A DNA stretch of 63,494 nt, the filler included, from Folioceros fuciformis (Eukaryota): assembly GCA_049999805.1 (NCBI GenBank). It is 9 parts of 8 records of this genome, joined end to end, with 100 filler letters (N's around TTAATTAATTAA, not from the genome) between each part and the next. Parts side by side here need not be neighbours in the genome. Positions count along the whole stretch, not along the records: positions 29,032 to 39,188 come from JBNGIO010005561.1; positions 39,289 to 43,317 come from JBNGIO010005562.1; positions 43,418 to 46,192 come from JBNGIO010005563.1; 6 more parts are not named here. The stretch is one strand, 5' to 3'. Positions within the stretch are counted from its first letter, which is position 1; every line of letters starts with the position of its first letter. The notes beneath the pieces are model-generated. The model saw only the letters and a list, made by a program, of their open reading frames with translations, was not told the origin of the DNA and did no database searches. This document shows positions 35,181 to 46,292 of the stretch, one piece after another. The translations under genes were made by a program, and so were the position numbers.

Positions 35181-35617
35181 TCATGTAGTGTGGCTAGGGA
35201 ATGGGAGATGATTAGCATCTGCAGTACAAGTGTGGGAGAAATGGGGGACATGGCGAGGACCTGTGCGAGACATGAGTTGAAAGGCCAGGTAGATGCTGAC
35301 CAACCATGTCACTACATAAAGATCCATAACACGGCCCAAGTCTAAGCACCGCTGCTGAACTGTGACTTGCGGTGCTGCTGTAGAATGGGTGTGAAAACCC
35401 ATCACTTGCTCCCGTTCCTCCACAGTGGGTTCCTCCCACTGCTGTGTGTCAGTGTTCAACAACATGCCAGCTCCCTGCCCTCTATATGCATGAGAGCTGG
35501 GATAGCTCACCAGCGTAGAAAGGGTACTACGTGGCTGTCCTGGGACGTTGGTGCTGTACCAGGGCTTCCTCTCAACAGCACGGACAGGACGGGGCTGGTG
35601 ATTGTTGTCCAGGACTG
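35181..35617 (-). pseudogene. C-terminal fragment of a cytosine-5 DNA methyltransferase (TRD end, motifs IX and X) in the retrotransposon polyprotein
   Basis: EREQVMGFHTHSTAAPQVTVQQRCLDLGRVMDLYVVTWL aligns without gaps to the DNMT3 C-terminal pattern E.E.vfGF..H.T.........R...LGR.....V...L; the N-terminal part is cut off by the Copia insertion at ~35618. Confidence 0.75.
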
Positions 35618-37803
35618 TGACCAAGCTCAAGGATGAAACCATATAAATAATTATATAGAGTCCAGTACTTAGGTTAGTAGATGAGTTAACAAACCTGATG
35701 CTCAAGCATCGTTACAGTTGTAACCATTTTTCTTGGCTGTCACATACATGTCGTGGTCAAAGACTTAACAATCTAATGATCCTATTCGTGTTATGGTATC
35801 AGAGCGGGATCTACGCTGATCTATCATGTCTGCAATTGCGGCAACTACACTAATCCTACTGCCTATTACGGAGTATGGGAGAACTGTGTTCTTGATCAAC
35901 AATAGTTGGCCAAGAGACGCACCAGCAGTGGTCTGGGAGATGATTCGTGCATATTGCTTCTCAGACGTGAGGATCAACAGGAGCGACCCGTTCTAATTCC
36001 CACTCGAACCGCGTCCACCTGGTTATCTGCATCTCTGCACTCCGGCCTAGCATGGGACACTGGAACCTGCATACAAATGCGCTTTAGGAGCACTTCTTGG
36101 AGTAATGTCATGCAGTTTCATGGTGCACCACGCCCGGCTTACGCAGAAGGGAGCGCCTAGTTAGGCGTGCACTGAGGCTAGTGATTATCTCTGAGTACAC
36201 TCGCCGGCGTGAGAGGAATTATCAAGAGATGCTTGCACCTAGAAATAGGTGGCAACAAGTCTAGATTAGGGTCTGCATAATCTTGGAATTGATGGCAACA
36301 AATATCGTTCAAGGTTTTGAGCCAAATGATGGATGTGATTGGAGCTGTGTGGATATTACAGACATTTACCTATAGCTGGAGATGTCAACCTCGTCTGAGT
36401 CCACCTTTGTCATCAGCTTACCTGCAACACCAGAGTATGTTTTTCACATTATTCTAGGCACATTAGTGAGATTGTTTAGTCTTCAACTAGTAACCCCTAC
36501 GTACAATTACATATATTCTTATGCAAGTCATGTGGTGGACAAGCTGCATTCTGAATTATGCTTTGTAGAGTCAATTGATATACTCATGTCCTTAGAAGTA
36601 GAGAGTCCACTTCATGCACCTTCCTCCTGCAAGGCAAGATTCCATCCCATTTCATGAGTCTCTTCCTATATAGGTTAGAGTCATGACAGGGCAGCAGCCC
36701 CCAACACCTCTTGCCTTGGCCAAGGAGGACAAGTTTGATGGAGAAAACTTCAACCTATGGAAGTTCAGAATGGAGGAGCTGCTGAAATCAAGGGACCTTT
36801 GGGAGTACGTAGGTGCAGCAGTCATCAAAGCTGAACCACCAACATCTGCGCCCACTGACGAGATTGCAGCATGGAAAGCTACAAACCAACAGGCCAAGAG
36901 CACGCTCACCATGAGTGTAAAGAGCTCTCATTTTGCCACTTTGATGGGATCCATAACATTTGCAGCAACACTGTGGAAGCAGCTATTAGAAGTTTATGAT
37001 GTAGCTGATCTTATGCTCAAAACTCACACGCTTAAATCATTTGTGGGATTAAGGATGTTGGAGACAAACAAAGTGGCAGAGTTTATACTTATATGGAGAA
37101 GCTCGCAGACAAGTTCAGTGCACTTGGCTTTACACTTGACGAGGAGGTGATGGCGGTCATTCTCTTGTCACAACTGCTTGAAACTTGGATAAATGTTGTC
37201 CAGTCCCTGCAAAATGTAGCAGCCATCACGGTTAACCATGTTATCTCCACGATGCTTACCGAGGAGAATCGCCGGAAGATGGCCACATCTTCCATAGCTA
37301 CAGGGGACAAAGCCCTGTTCACCAATAAATTTGGTCTAGGCAGAGGCAGGGGAAGAGGTAAGCCAACATTCAAAGGCAGTGGCCGTGGCCAAGGCTTCCC
37401 AACTCAACCATCCTCATTTAACTCAAACAGACCAAAGCCACTTTGCGGCTACTGTGGGATCCCAAACCACACATGGGATGTCTACAGAAAAAGATTGGCA
37501 AACGAGTTAGGAGGCAGACACATAGGCAGCAACCTGGCTGTAACCATGAAGAAATACTCAAAAGCATTTACAGCATGTGTCCAGCATGAAGCATAAGAAG
37601 CTACACATGACAAGAGTATTTCAGCACTTGTGGTCACGTGCTATGCATCAAAACCTGAACATGCATGGTATATTGATTCCGAGGCCTCCCAACACATTAC
37701 CCCTCATCACTCCTACTTTACTAATCTGCAGCCAATACAAGAGGAGAGATATGTATGTTTAGGAGATGATACAACTCACAAAATAGAAGGACAAGGTACC
37801 ATA
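35618..37803 (+). mobile_element. Ty1/Copia element, 5' part (LTR ~35618-35793, PBS 35794-35805, gag, protease)
   Basis: TGGTATCAGAGC PBS; gag KFDGENFNLWKFRMEELL (36683-37150, frameshifted into 37093-37596 with degenerate knuckle CGYCGIPNH); protease-like WYIDS at ~37666. Confidence 0.9.
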
Positions 37804-39188
37804 TGAAGGAACGCTCTAGGAGCTACATGGTGAAGGAGAGGAGAGGAGGAGGCAAGGAGGAGAAGAAAGAGAGGTCACACTCTCACAATAGAGTCACACA
37901 AGAAAGGGAGCTCAAGGGGGTATTTATACCCTCTAGAAGAGCTCCCTAGGAAGCTTCACAAGAAGCGCACAGGAAGCTTCATACAGATTAGCTTAAGCTA
38001 ATCTAGACTAATGGTACTTAACTACACACTAATCTTAGACTAAACACATTAGTCTAAGCACATTGGGCTTTAATACCCCTACAACCGCCCTCTTAAAGGT
38101 CAATTTGCCCTCAAAGGAGAGTGGCTACCTTATGCCCATGAGTGTCCGAGCTTGTGCGAATTGCTCCGTAGAGAGCCCCTTGGTAAGAACATCTGCAGGG
38201 TTCTGACTGGTGTGAACTTTGACAAGTTGTACCCTCTTGTCTTCCAACACCTCTCGAATGAAGTGATACTTCACTTCCACATGTTTGGTCTTCGCATGAA
38301 ACACTGGATTCTTCGCCAATTGGATAGCACTCTGGTTATCACAATGCAACACTGGTAGCTCAACCTTGATCCCCAAATCTCCCACTAAACGAGCAAGCCA
38401 CATGGCTTCCTTGCACGCCTCAGTCGCTGCAACATACTCGGCTTCTGTGGTAGATAGCGTTATGCACGATTGCAAACGCGATCGCCATGAAACTGCCCCT
38501 CCAGTGCACATGAAGACATAACCTGATGTGGACCTCCTTTTGTCCATATCTCCTGCATAATCAGCATCGGTATATCCCACGACAGATGCACCTTCACTAC
38601 CAAAACATAAGCACAAAGCTTTCGTACCATTCAAGTACCTCATAACTCCATTCACTGCCTCCCAATGCTTCCTGCCAGGGTTTGACATAAACCTGCTAAC
38701 CACTCCCACTGCAAAGGCAATGTCAGGGTGTGTAGCAATCATCGCATACATCAAAATCCCTACAGCTGATGAGTATGGAACCTTCTCCATTTCAGCTTTG
38801 TCCTCCGCAGAGCTTGGGCAATCCTTGCTGGAAAGTTTCACATATGGAGGCAACGGAGTACTCAACACCTTCCCCTTCTCCATGTTGAAACGTTGAAGCA
38901 CCTTGTTAATGTATTCAATCTGAGACAAGTAAAGCAAATGCTTATGTCGGTTTCGACGAATACGCATACCAAGAATATGGCTTGCCTCTCCCAAGTCTGT
39001 CATGTCAAAGCGACATTCAACTTTGACTTCAATGCTGAAATCTCATCACTGCTATTCCCAACAATTAGCATATTATCCACATAGAGGACCAGAATGAGCA
39101 AGCTTCCATCCTTAGCTTGCTTTGTAAAGAGGCAATGATCCTCCTCGCTACGCTTGTAGCCTTGAGAAAGCATAAACGAGTGGAACTT
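37804..39188 (-). mobile_element. Ty1/Copia 3' end (3' LTR 37804-38083, PPT, RT/RNase H ORF 38125-39003)
   Basis: TG...CA LTR next to the PPT complement ccgccctctt; MTDLGEASHILGM, DADYAGD, STTEAEY, HCDNQSA, NPADVLTK. Confidence 0.92.
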
Positions 39189-39793
39189 NNNNNNNNNNNN
39201 NNNNNNNNNNNNNNNNNNNNNNNNNNNNNNNNTTAATTAATTAANNNNNNNNNNNNNNNNNNNNNNNNNNNNNNNNNNNNNNNNNNNNTGATTAGGGAAC
39301 AGGCCAGTTGTGGACTTAGGCAAAAGTAAGGGCCGAGACGACGGGGCGACGGTAGCCGGCAGGGCAACCGTCGCCGGAGGGACGACTGGTAGTAGCCCGA
39401 TGGGCAGTAAGGAGAGAAAGCAGGCAGGGCATAGAAACCCTAGAGAAAGGGGAGCTTTGTACAGCATCCGAAAGCGCGGGGAGCGGGAGTAACTTGAAGC
39501 GTGAAGTGGCTGAAGGAGGAGAAAGCGCCAGGACGATGGGGCAGACAGCGCAGGGCGTGAGGGTTGAGCAGGCACAGGGGAGTGGGAGACCTCCAAGGCG
39601 CGAGCGGTGGAGAGAGTTGGGCGAACAGAGGAAGAGCCAGAGCGTGACCAGGACAGAAGAGTTCCGAGCCCGAGCGTGAGGGGAGGAGGACAGCCAGGAT
39701 GAGGTCGCGGCCTGAACTGATCCCCGGAGCAGTAGCCTCTAGACAGGGGGGGGACCTCCTGTCCCCCGAATCGACCTACTCCTGTGGCCCAAT

Positions 39794-41391
39794 ATGGAGC
39801 ACTGGAGGGTAAGGGCAAGAAAGTTGGTGGCAGAGCTGGGTCTGACTTTTATGACCCAAAAGTGGAACCATGCAGCACCCCAGCTGGTCAGGGAGTGCGC
39901 CCTGAGGCTGATAGAGCCTGTACACGAGGAGGGGATCAGAGGCAGACCCCAGGAATGGAACCTGGAGTTGATCAGGAGGGTCTACGGGCGCGACCAACAG
40001 GAGAAAGGGGGACTGGTGCTGGAGTCCCTGAAGAGGCGTGGCGGAACGGGAGCCGCGGAGACGCTGCTCAAGGTAGGCACGAGAAAGGAAGCGAACGGGT
40101 GGCTGGTGCGTGACATGGCAAGTCCCCAGCTGTTGGGATTGGCCAGGTGGTTCCTGAGCTTCTTCCAGGTACGCAAACAGGATTATCTGTCCGATCAGAT
40201 GCTCCTGTTTGTGCATGAAGTAGTGAAGGGCACCAGGATCGACTGGGGGAGGATTTTATACACCCGGAGGATGGATGAGGAGAGGCAGAACCTGATCCAA
40301 CCCACCCCTAAACCTTCTATGATTTCCCCGTTTCTAATCCATGTGTACAGTTACGCTAACCTGGTCACTGAGCTAGAAATGCTGGCCTCGCTGCACCTGT
40401 GGAAGCCAGTTCGCGATGTGAAGTGGAAGCCCGCTGAGCCAGCAAGGGCTGCCTCCAGCAATTGGGAAGGTGACAGTGGGAATAGCTCGCAGGAGGAAAC
40501 CCCAGTCAAGCCCAGGAAGAGGATGGTGCCACAAAAGAAGACTCCTGCCAAGAGGAAAAGGACCAGAGGACAAAGTGTGAGCATGGGGGCTGATCAGGAG
40601 GAAGGGGGGACAGCCCTGGAGCAGACGGGTCAGCAGGAGGCAGAACGAGAACCAGCTGTCAAGGGAATCAAGGACCGAAAGTTGGAAGAGCAAGGTCAGG
40701 GTGAGACAAGACCCGAGGAGCCACCGGATCAGGTGATGGCAGCCGACACAGTTTCCTCCAGACAGGAGGATAAGTTAGGGCACGTTTCAGCACAGGAGAG
40801 TTCCTCAAGGTGGAAGGACATTTTCAGGTGTAGGCCTCAGAGAGACAGGTTGCAGGTGGGGGACCTGGACAAGTTGCGAGAGTTCCTGGGCAGATAAATC
40901 ACGGCGAGAGGAATGGGCGCCGGAGGGGTGCAGGAGGTGGACCGACCCGGGCTGACTGCTGCGATGGTGCAGGCCCAAGCAGATCTCCTGAATCAGGCTG
41001 CTAGGGCCCTGACCTGGTTAAGTGTACAGGCGGAGCGAGAGGCCGAGGCTCGGGGAAAGGAGGAGAAGGCTCATGAGCGAGAGGCTGAGCAAGGAGGCAA
41101 CTGGCGGAGTCGGAGACGGCGCGGCAACTGCTGGAGGAGAAGCAGCAGGTCCTGGACAGGGAGAAGACTCAAGCCGAGGAAGAGGCGTGCGAGGCGAGGG
41201 CTGAAGTGCAGGTGCTGAAAGAGCAACATGGGACCCTGCTAGCTCAGGTGAGGGAGGCTCACGAGACTAACCTGGAGATGCAAAAGGAAATGGCCAGGGC
41301 ACAGGAGATGGAGATAGCCGCTGTGGAGAGCAGGCTCAAAAGTTGGCTGATAGATACAAGCGGGAGCGGGATGAGGCTAGAGAGAGAGTGA
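39794..41391 (+). pseudogene. Retroelement accessory ORF (helical domain plus coiled-coil tail), interrupted
   Basis: ORF 39794-40897 has NGW...GTRIDWGRILY...SPFLIHVY, homologous to 13150-14482; it continues through a stop and frameshifts into E/A/Q-rich coiled-coil fragments 40913-41391. Confidence 0.6.
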
Positions 41392-42263
41392 AGGGGAAGA
41401 GCAAGGCTGGGCGTCCGAGTAAGTCGGCGACCCCGGTAGTAGAAGGGGCTACCGGTAGCCGAACCAGGGGAACGGTAGTTGAGGGGACTACCGGTAGTCC
41501 GGTAGTCCACGTGACTACCAATAGCAGGGTAGCCGACGGGGCTACCGGTGGCCCAGCAAGGCCCAGGATAGCTGAAGAACCAACCCTAGAAACAAAGGAG
41601 GAAGCAGTAGTGGCGCCTGCCCCTAGGCGCTCCAGGAGGGTGACCCGTACCAGGAGGATAGAGCCGGAGGAGGCAACAGCTGGGCAGGCAGAGAACCTTC
41701 AGGTAGCCCAGCAGGAGGGGGAGCAGGCAACCCGAGGTAGCCCAAGGGAGGACGGGGTAAGCACCTCTGTTATGACAGAAGGTCGGATTGTGCTGCAGTA
41801 TGAGGAGGAGGCCTCCTATGTGCCAGGCCTGTATGTAGAAGAGGCCAGAGTTATGAAGCTGTTTCTGTATGTACGTATGGGCACAGGAGGGACGTGGGGC
41901 TACGGCCTACAGTTGAGGACGCGCCTGGGACTCTACCACTACAGCTGGTGGGTGACAGGACTGCCCCACTGCTATGCGGAGGCAGTTCTGGAGGAACTGA
42001 CGGAAGAGGAGGCCCAGCGCTGGGTAGAACGGGGGCCTGTGGCTGTCCTCAGCAACCAGAGAAGGAGGAGGAGTGGTGGCCCACAGCGGCAGGACCCACC
42101 TGCGCCGCCAGCCTGGTCCAGCAGCAGCAGCAGCAGTGATGTGGAGATCCTCTGGGAGGATTTGCCGGACCAACGGAGGGGCAGAAGAGCAAGAGGAGGG
42201 GCAGCAAGGGGTGACACGCGAAGGCCAGGAGGAAGCCGCCAGCGGCGTGGAAAAGGGCGATAG
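41343..42263 (+). CDS. Hypothetical 306-aa ORF (disordered ends, W/Y-rich core), probably retroelement-associated
   Basis: Open frame with core LFLYVRMGTGGTWGYGLQLRTRLGLYHYSWWVTG; no known motif recognised. Confidence 0.35.
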   Translation: MADRYKRERDEARERVKGKSKAGRPSKSATPVVEGATGSRTRGTVVEGTTGSPVVHVTTNSRVADGATGGPARPRIAEEPTLETKEEAVVAPAPRRSRRVTRTRRIEPEEATAGQAENLQVAQQEGEQATRGSPREDGVSTSVMTEGRIVLQYEEEASYVPGLYVEEARVMKLFLYVRMGTGGTWGYGLQLRTRLGLYHYSWWVTGLPHCYAEAVLEELTEEEAQRWVERGPVAVLSNQRRRRSGGPQRQDPPAPPAWSSSSSSSDVEILWEDLPDQRRGRRARGGAARGDTRRPGGSRQRRGKGR

Positions 42264-43285
42264 TAAATGCAGGCTAGAATAGGATTTTTTTAGCGTGCTT
42301 TATTTGGACCTAAGTCGCTCAGAATTTAAGAGCGCAGCTCCCCTACCTGACAGACTTTATGGCGGAAAAAACCGCCATCACCGTGTACAAGAGGCCGGTT
42401 TGAAGGCCTAAGAAATCAGCAAGAACCAGCCGAACAGTCGACCTTGCAGGGACCTAGCGATGGCCGTTGCTGGACAGGAGGTCCAGGCAAGCGAGCGCAC
42501 GTAGCAACCTAGGGTGCGGGTGTAGGTGGTGGGCACTTCGTGATCAAGCCCGAGGACGAATCGGGAGGAGGAGCCTCGCCGAGTGGGAGAGAAGCTCCCC
42601 AGCTATCCTTGAGGTGGTCACGTGGAGTGGTGCGGGTGTCGGAGCCGAATCCGCGAGTTCGGAGTGGAAGGGACTCCTCTTCCCTTAGCCCCGGTACCTC
42701 ACCATTCCTCAACGTTAATAGGAGCCCAGGAGGGGGCATCGCTGAGAAAGAAGATTGAAGAACCGGAGAAAGGAGAGCGCATGAGTGCGCGTGTGTGAGA
42801 AGGAGGAGGAGCGAGTGGCCGAGTAGTGGGTAAGAGCGAATGCGAAAAGGAAGCTAGAAGGAGTGGAGCAGGAAGTGAAGCGGGGTGGAAGTGATTCAAC
42901 GACTGTTAAGACGGGCAGAATGTATACAGAGAACTGGTGAGTGGGGTACGAGAGAACAAAGCCGGGGAAACCCCGGAGGCGAGGTGGGTAATGTGTGTGG
43001 GGTGCAACGAGACGTGGTGTGTATGTGTGACTGGTCGCGATGAGACTGGAGAGGCTGTGAAGAAGCTGAATTAAGACCGCAGGGGGTGTATCTAAGGTGT
43101 GAGATCACGTGGGTGGAAGGCGTCCAACAGATTGCTGCTGCTCATGTGTGCGTGCGCTTGTTTCTAAGGTGAGTGAGGCGGTTTTGTGGTGAACCAAGGA
43201 AGGGAAGTGCAAAAGGGGATGCGCGGGCAGGAGGTAATCAGTCAGGTAGGAACGACCCGGTGGGAGAGAAAACCCTAGAGAGAGG

Positions 43286-43289
<4 letters not shown>

Positions 43290-43317
<28 letters not shown>
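43290..43317 (+). repeat. (GA)n microsatellite at a contig end
   Basis: gagagagag run into the gap. Confidence 0.85.
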
Positions 43318-43417
43318 NNNNNNNNNNNNNNNNNNNNNNNNNNNNNNNNNNNNNNNNNNNNTTAATTAATTAANNNNNNNNNNNNNNNNNNNNNNNNNNN
43401 NNNNNNNNNNNNNNNNN

Positions 43418-46192
43418 TGACAACCATCCAGTGCTATAATTGTCGAGGCATAGGGCACTTTGCGAACAGCTGTCCCTCGGCTACGCGCCAAGGGAATGGG
43501 GACTATGAGAGGCTGTGCACTGACTGCAAGCAAATGGGCCATGGGGTTGGAAGTGTTTTGTGTGCTGCACCAAAGAAACACGTGAGGATTGCCCCCACCC
43601 TAGCCGTGGTGATTCAGGCCCCTGGTCCAAGTGCTCCTCCTGCGATACCGGTGACAGACGCATTAATGGCTGTATGGGAAGATGCGGAAGGAAGCATGTT
43701 GAGGATGTTGGAGGGGTTGGGTAGCTTGGACGGACAATATTACGAGGAAGCCCCTGCCATGGCCGTCCAAACTCGGGGACGAGCAAAAGCAGCAAAGAAC
43801 AAGCAGTTGGGGCATAGGGAGCATGGAGGAAAGGACCAAACTACATCCTCCAATACTTCTACCCCGCCACTCCGATCATCAGGGAGGAACAGGAGTTGCC
43901 AAGTACAGAAGAACCCCCACAAAATTTGGGGAAGGCGGAATTCAGAGGTGGTCGGGCCAAGGAATCAGCACCGCGCGTGGAGGAAGAACGACGATCTGAG
44001 GAGAGGATGGGCCGGAAGGCAGAAGAAGGAGGAAAGGATTGGCGGCTGGATGAAATGAGGAAATTGGGATTTCCCCCGGATGTGCGTCAGGAGGTGGCTA
44101 ACATGATTCAAGAGGAGTTGAATCAATCGCTGGAGGGTGCGGCAACAAAAGGGGGGCTAGCCAAGACCACGCCAGCAAGGGAACAGGACGGGCCAAAGGA
44201 CGCGACCACTCGGCCCACGGCAGGGGAAGAGAAGGGGAGATCATGAGTGTTGGATTTGGCGGAAGCCATCATGGATCAGAAATTCATGGTGACTTTTGGA
44301 CAATTGCTCCAAGATACACCGCGATATCGGCAGCAGTTAAGGCGAGCATTGAAGATGGCACAACCAAGGAGGAAACCAAGTCTGCCAAGGGTGAGACCAA
44401 GGACACACGCTGTGAATTTGGTAACCATGACAGATCAAGGACCAGCCAAGCTGCAAATCGAAATCGCGGGATGTGTAATTAAGAAAGTACCTTTGGACAC
44501 AGGGTCTGGAGTAAACATTATGACTGAAGACACAGCCCGGAAATTGGGTTTGGAAATCGAGCACACGACCAAGGTCTTGCGATTGGTGGATATGTCAAAA
44601 ATGACGCCAGTCGGAGAAATTATTGGGGTATTAACCCATATTGGGACTATCCCCTACCTCATGGACTATGTCGTGATCAGGCAGAAAGCCCCGAGTTATG
44701 AAGTGCTGATTGGCAGAAACTGGATGTATGGTGCCAGGTGGACGTTCAAATGGGGGCGGAAGGAAGTAGGCTTTAAACCAGTAGACTGGGATCCAAAGGC
44801 TAAGGAAGGAAGAATGTGTCTGTCTTGGAGTAAGGATATGTACGCAGGTGAGACACCCTCTGAGACGGAGGGGTACACTTCAGCCGAAGACACGGGAGGA
44901 CAGGCAGATGAGGATGAAAGATTTCTGTTTGCGCATATCTCGTGGTCGGAGGAAGAGAAGGATTACTAGGGGTAGCTACCTAGGGTTAATTGTTACAGGG
45001 TCACAGAGGCGGAAGCAGATGAGGAGACGGGGGAAGAAGACATTTCCTCAGGGGAACGTGAGGTAGTCCCTTGGACTACTGCAGTGGCCCGAGGGGAACG
45101 GACGGTAGCCCAAGAGGGTACCAAGGTAGTCGGATCGGAAGGGATCAAAGAGGGTGATCTGGACATGAGGATTCCTAAGGATCAGGAGGGCGTCACGAGG
45201 ATCACCTCCGAAGAGCTGTTTAGTGAATGGGGGATGAGGGAGGCAGAGCTCCGAAGGCCAGAGGAAGGGTTTGGTGTTACTTCAGCACCGATTGAACGAG
45301 AGTGGGTACAGGCGGATGAGATCAAGGATGTGGAGGTCCTGCCAGGAAAAATCCTTAAGTTCTCCACCAGGCTAGATGCGATGCTGGAAGAAGGGATGAA
45401 GAACCTGCTGGCCGAGTTTATTGATGTGTTTGCGTTTGATGTCACAGACATGAAAGGCATTCTCAAGGAGTGGGGAGAGCATAGGATTGAGCTGGAACGA
45501 GGGGCAGTGCCTGTGAGGATACCCCAGTATAAGTTGAACCCAAAGTACTCCCTGAAAGTAAAGGAACAGCTAGAGCTATACCTGAAGGCAGACATCATTT
45601 ATCCCATTGTCACCTCTGAATGGGTGGAACCAATTGTAGTGGTACCCAAGAAACAGCCTGGGAAAATTCGAGTATGCTAGGACTGGAGGAGGTTGAACAA
45701 GGTGACTCAAAAGGATCACTTCCCGTTACCTTTCATTGACAACATTCTGGACCTAGTGGTGGGGAAAATGACGTATTCCTTTTTGGACGGGTACTCAGGG
45801 TATAACCAATTACATCTCCGGGAGAGCGACTGGCCGTTAACTGCCTTCACCACCGTCAGGGGAACATACGCTTACAAGCGCAGCGCATTTGGACTGACTG
45901 GAGCACCAGGGTCCTTCATGAGAACAATCGTCAAGATTTTTAAAGATTTCCTACGAGACTTTATGGAAGTATTCCTGGACGATTTCTGTGTGTTTGGGTT
46001 AGCGGGGGAGCATCTACAGCACCTGAGGAAATGCCTGGAAAGGTGTAGAGAGGCCAAACTATGCCTCCACCCGGAAAAGTGTTATTTCGGGATGTCGGAA
46101 GGTATCTTGTTGGGGCATAGGATTTCGGCTAGAGGGATTGAGGTGGATCCTGACAAAGTAAAGATCATTAAAGCACTCCGACCACCGACCAC
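43418..46192 (+). mobile_element. Ty3/Gypsy gag-pol fragment (zinc knuckles, protease, RT), degenerate
   Basis: CYNCRGIGHFANSC, LDTGSGVN, FLDGYSGYNQ, FLDDF; bounded by gaps. Confidence 0.92.
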
Positions 46193-46292
46193 NNNNNNNN
46201 NNNNNNNNNNNNNNNNNNNNNNNNNNNNNNNNNNNNTTAATTAATTAANNNNNNNNNNNNNNNNNNNNNNNNNNNNNNNNNNNNNNNNNNNN

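Larger units (their letters stand above)
25570..35617 (-). mobile_element. Ty3/Gypsy element carrying a C5-DNA-methyltransferase fragment and an integrase-PHD finger; decayed and multiply interrupted
   Basis: Minus-strand order: DNMT motifs IX-X (35298-35417), gap, RT (KRMCGDYRPIN, MPFGFKNA, YIDDV), RNase H (IIAYASRSNN), integrase HHCC and core, PHD (31445-31579), G-run PPT (31400-31410), terminal region ending at ~25570 inside a Copia pre-integrase domain. Confidence 0.8.

Noticed and set aside
35618-35705. Hydrophobic N-terminus (signal/TM-like) of ORF 35181-35705
   Set aside because: These codons come from the inserted Copia LTR, not from the methyltransferase fragment.
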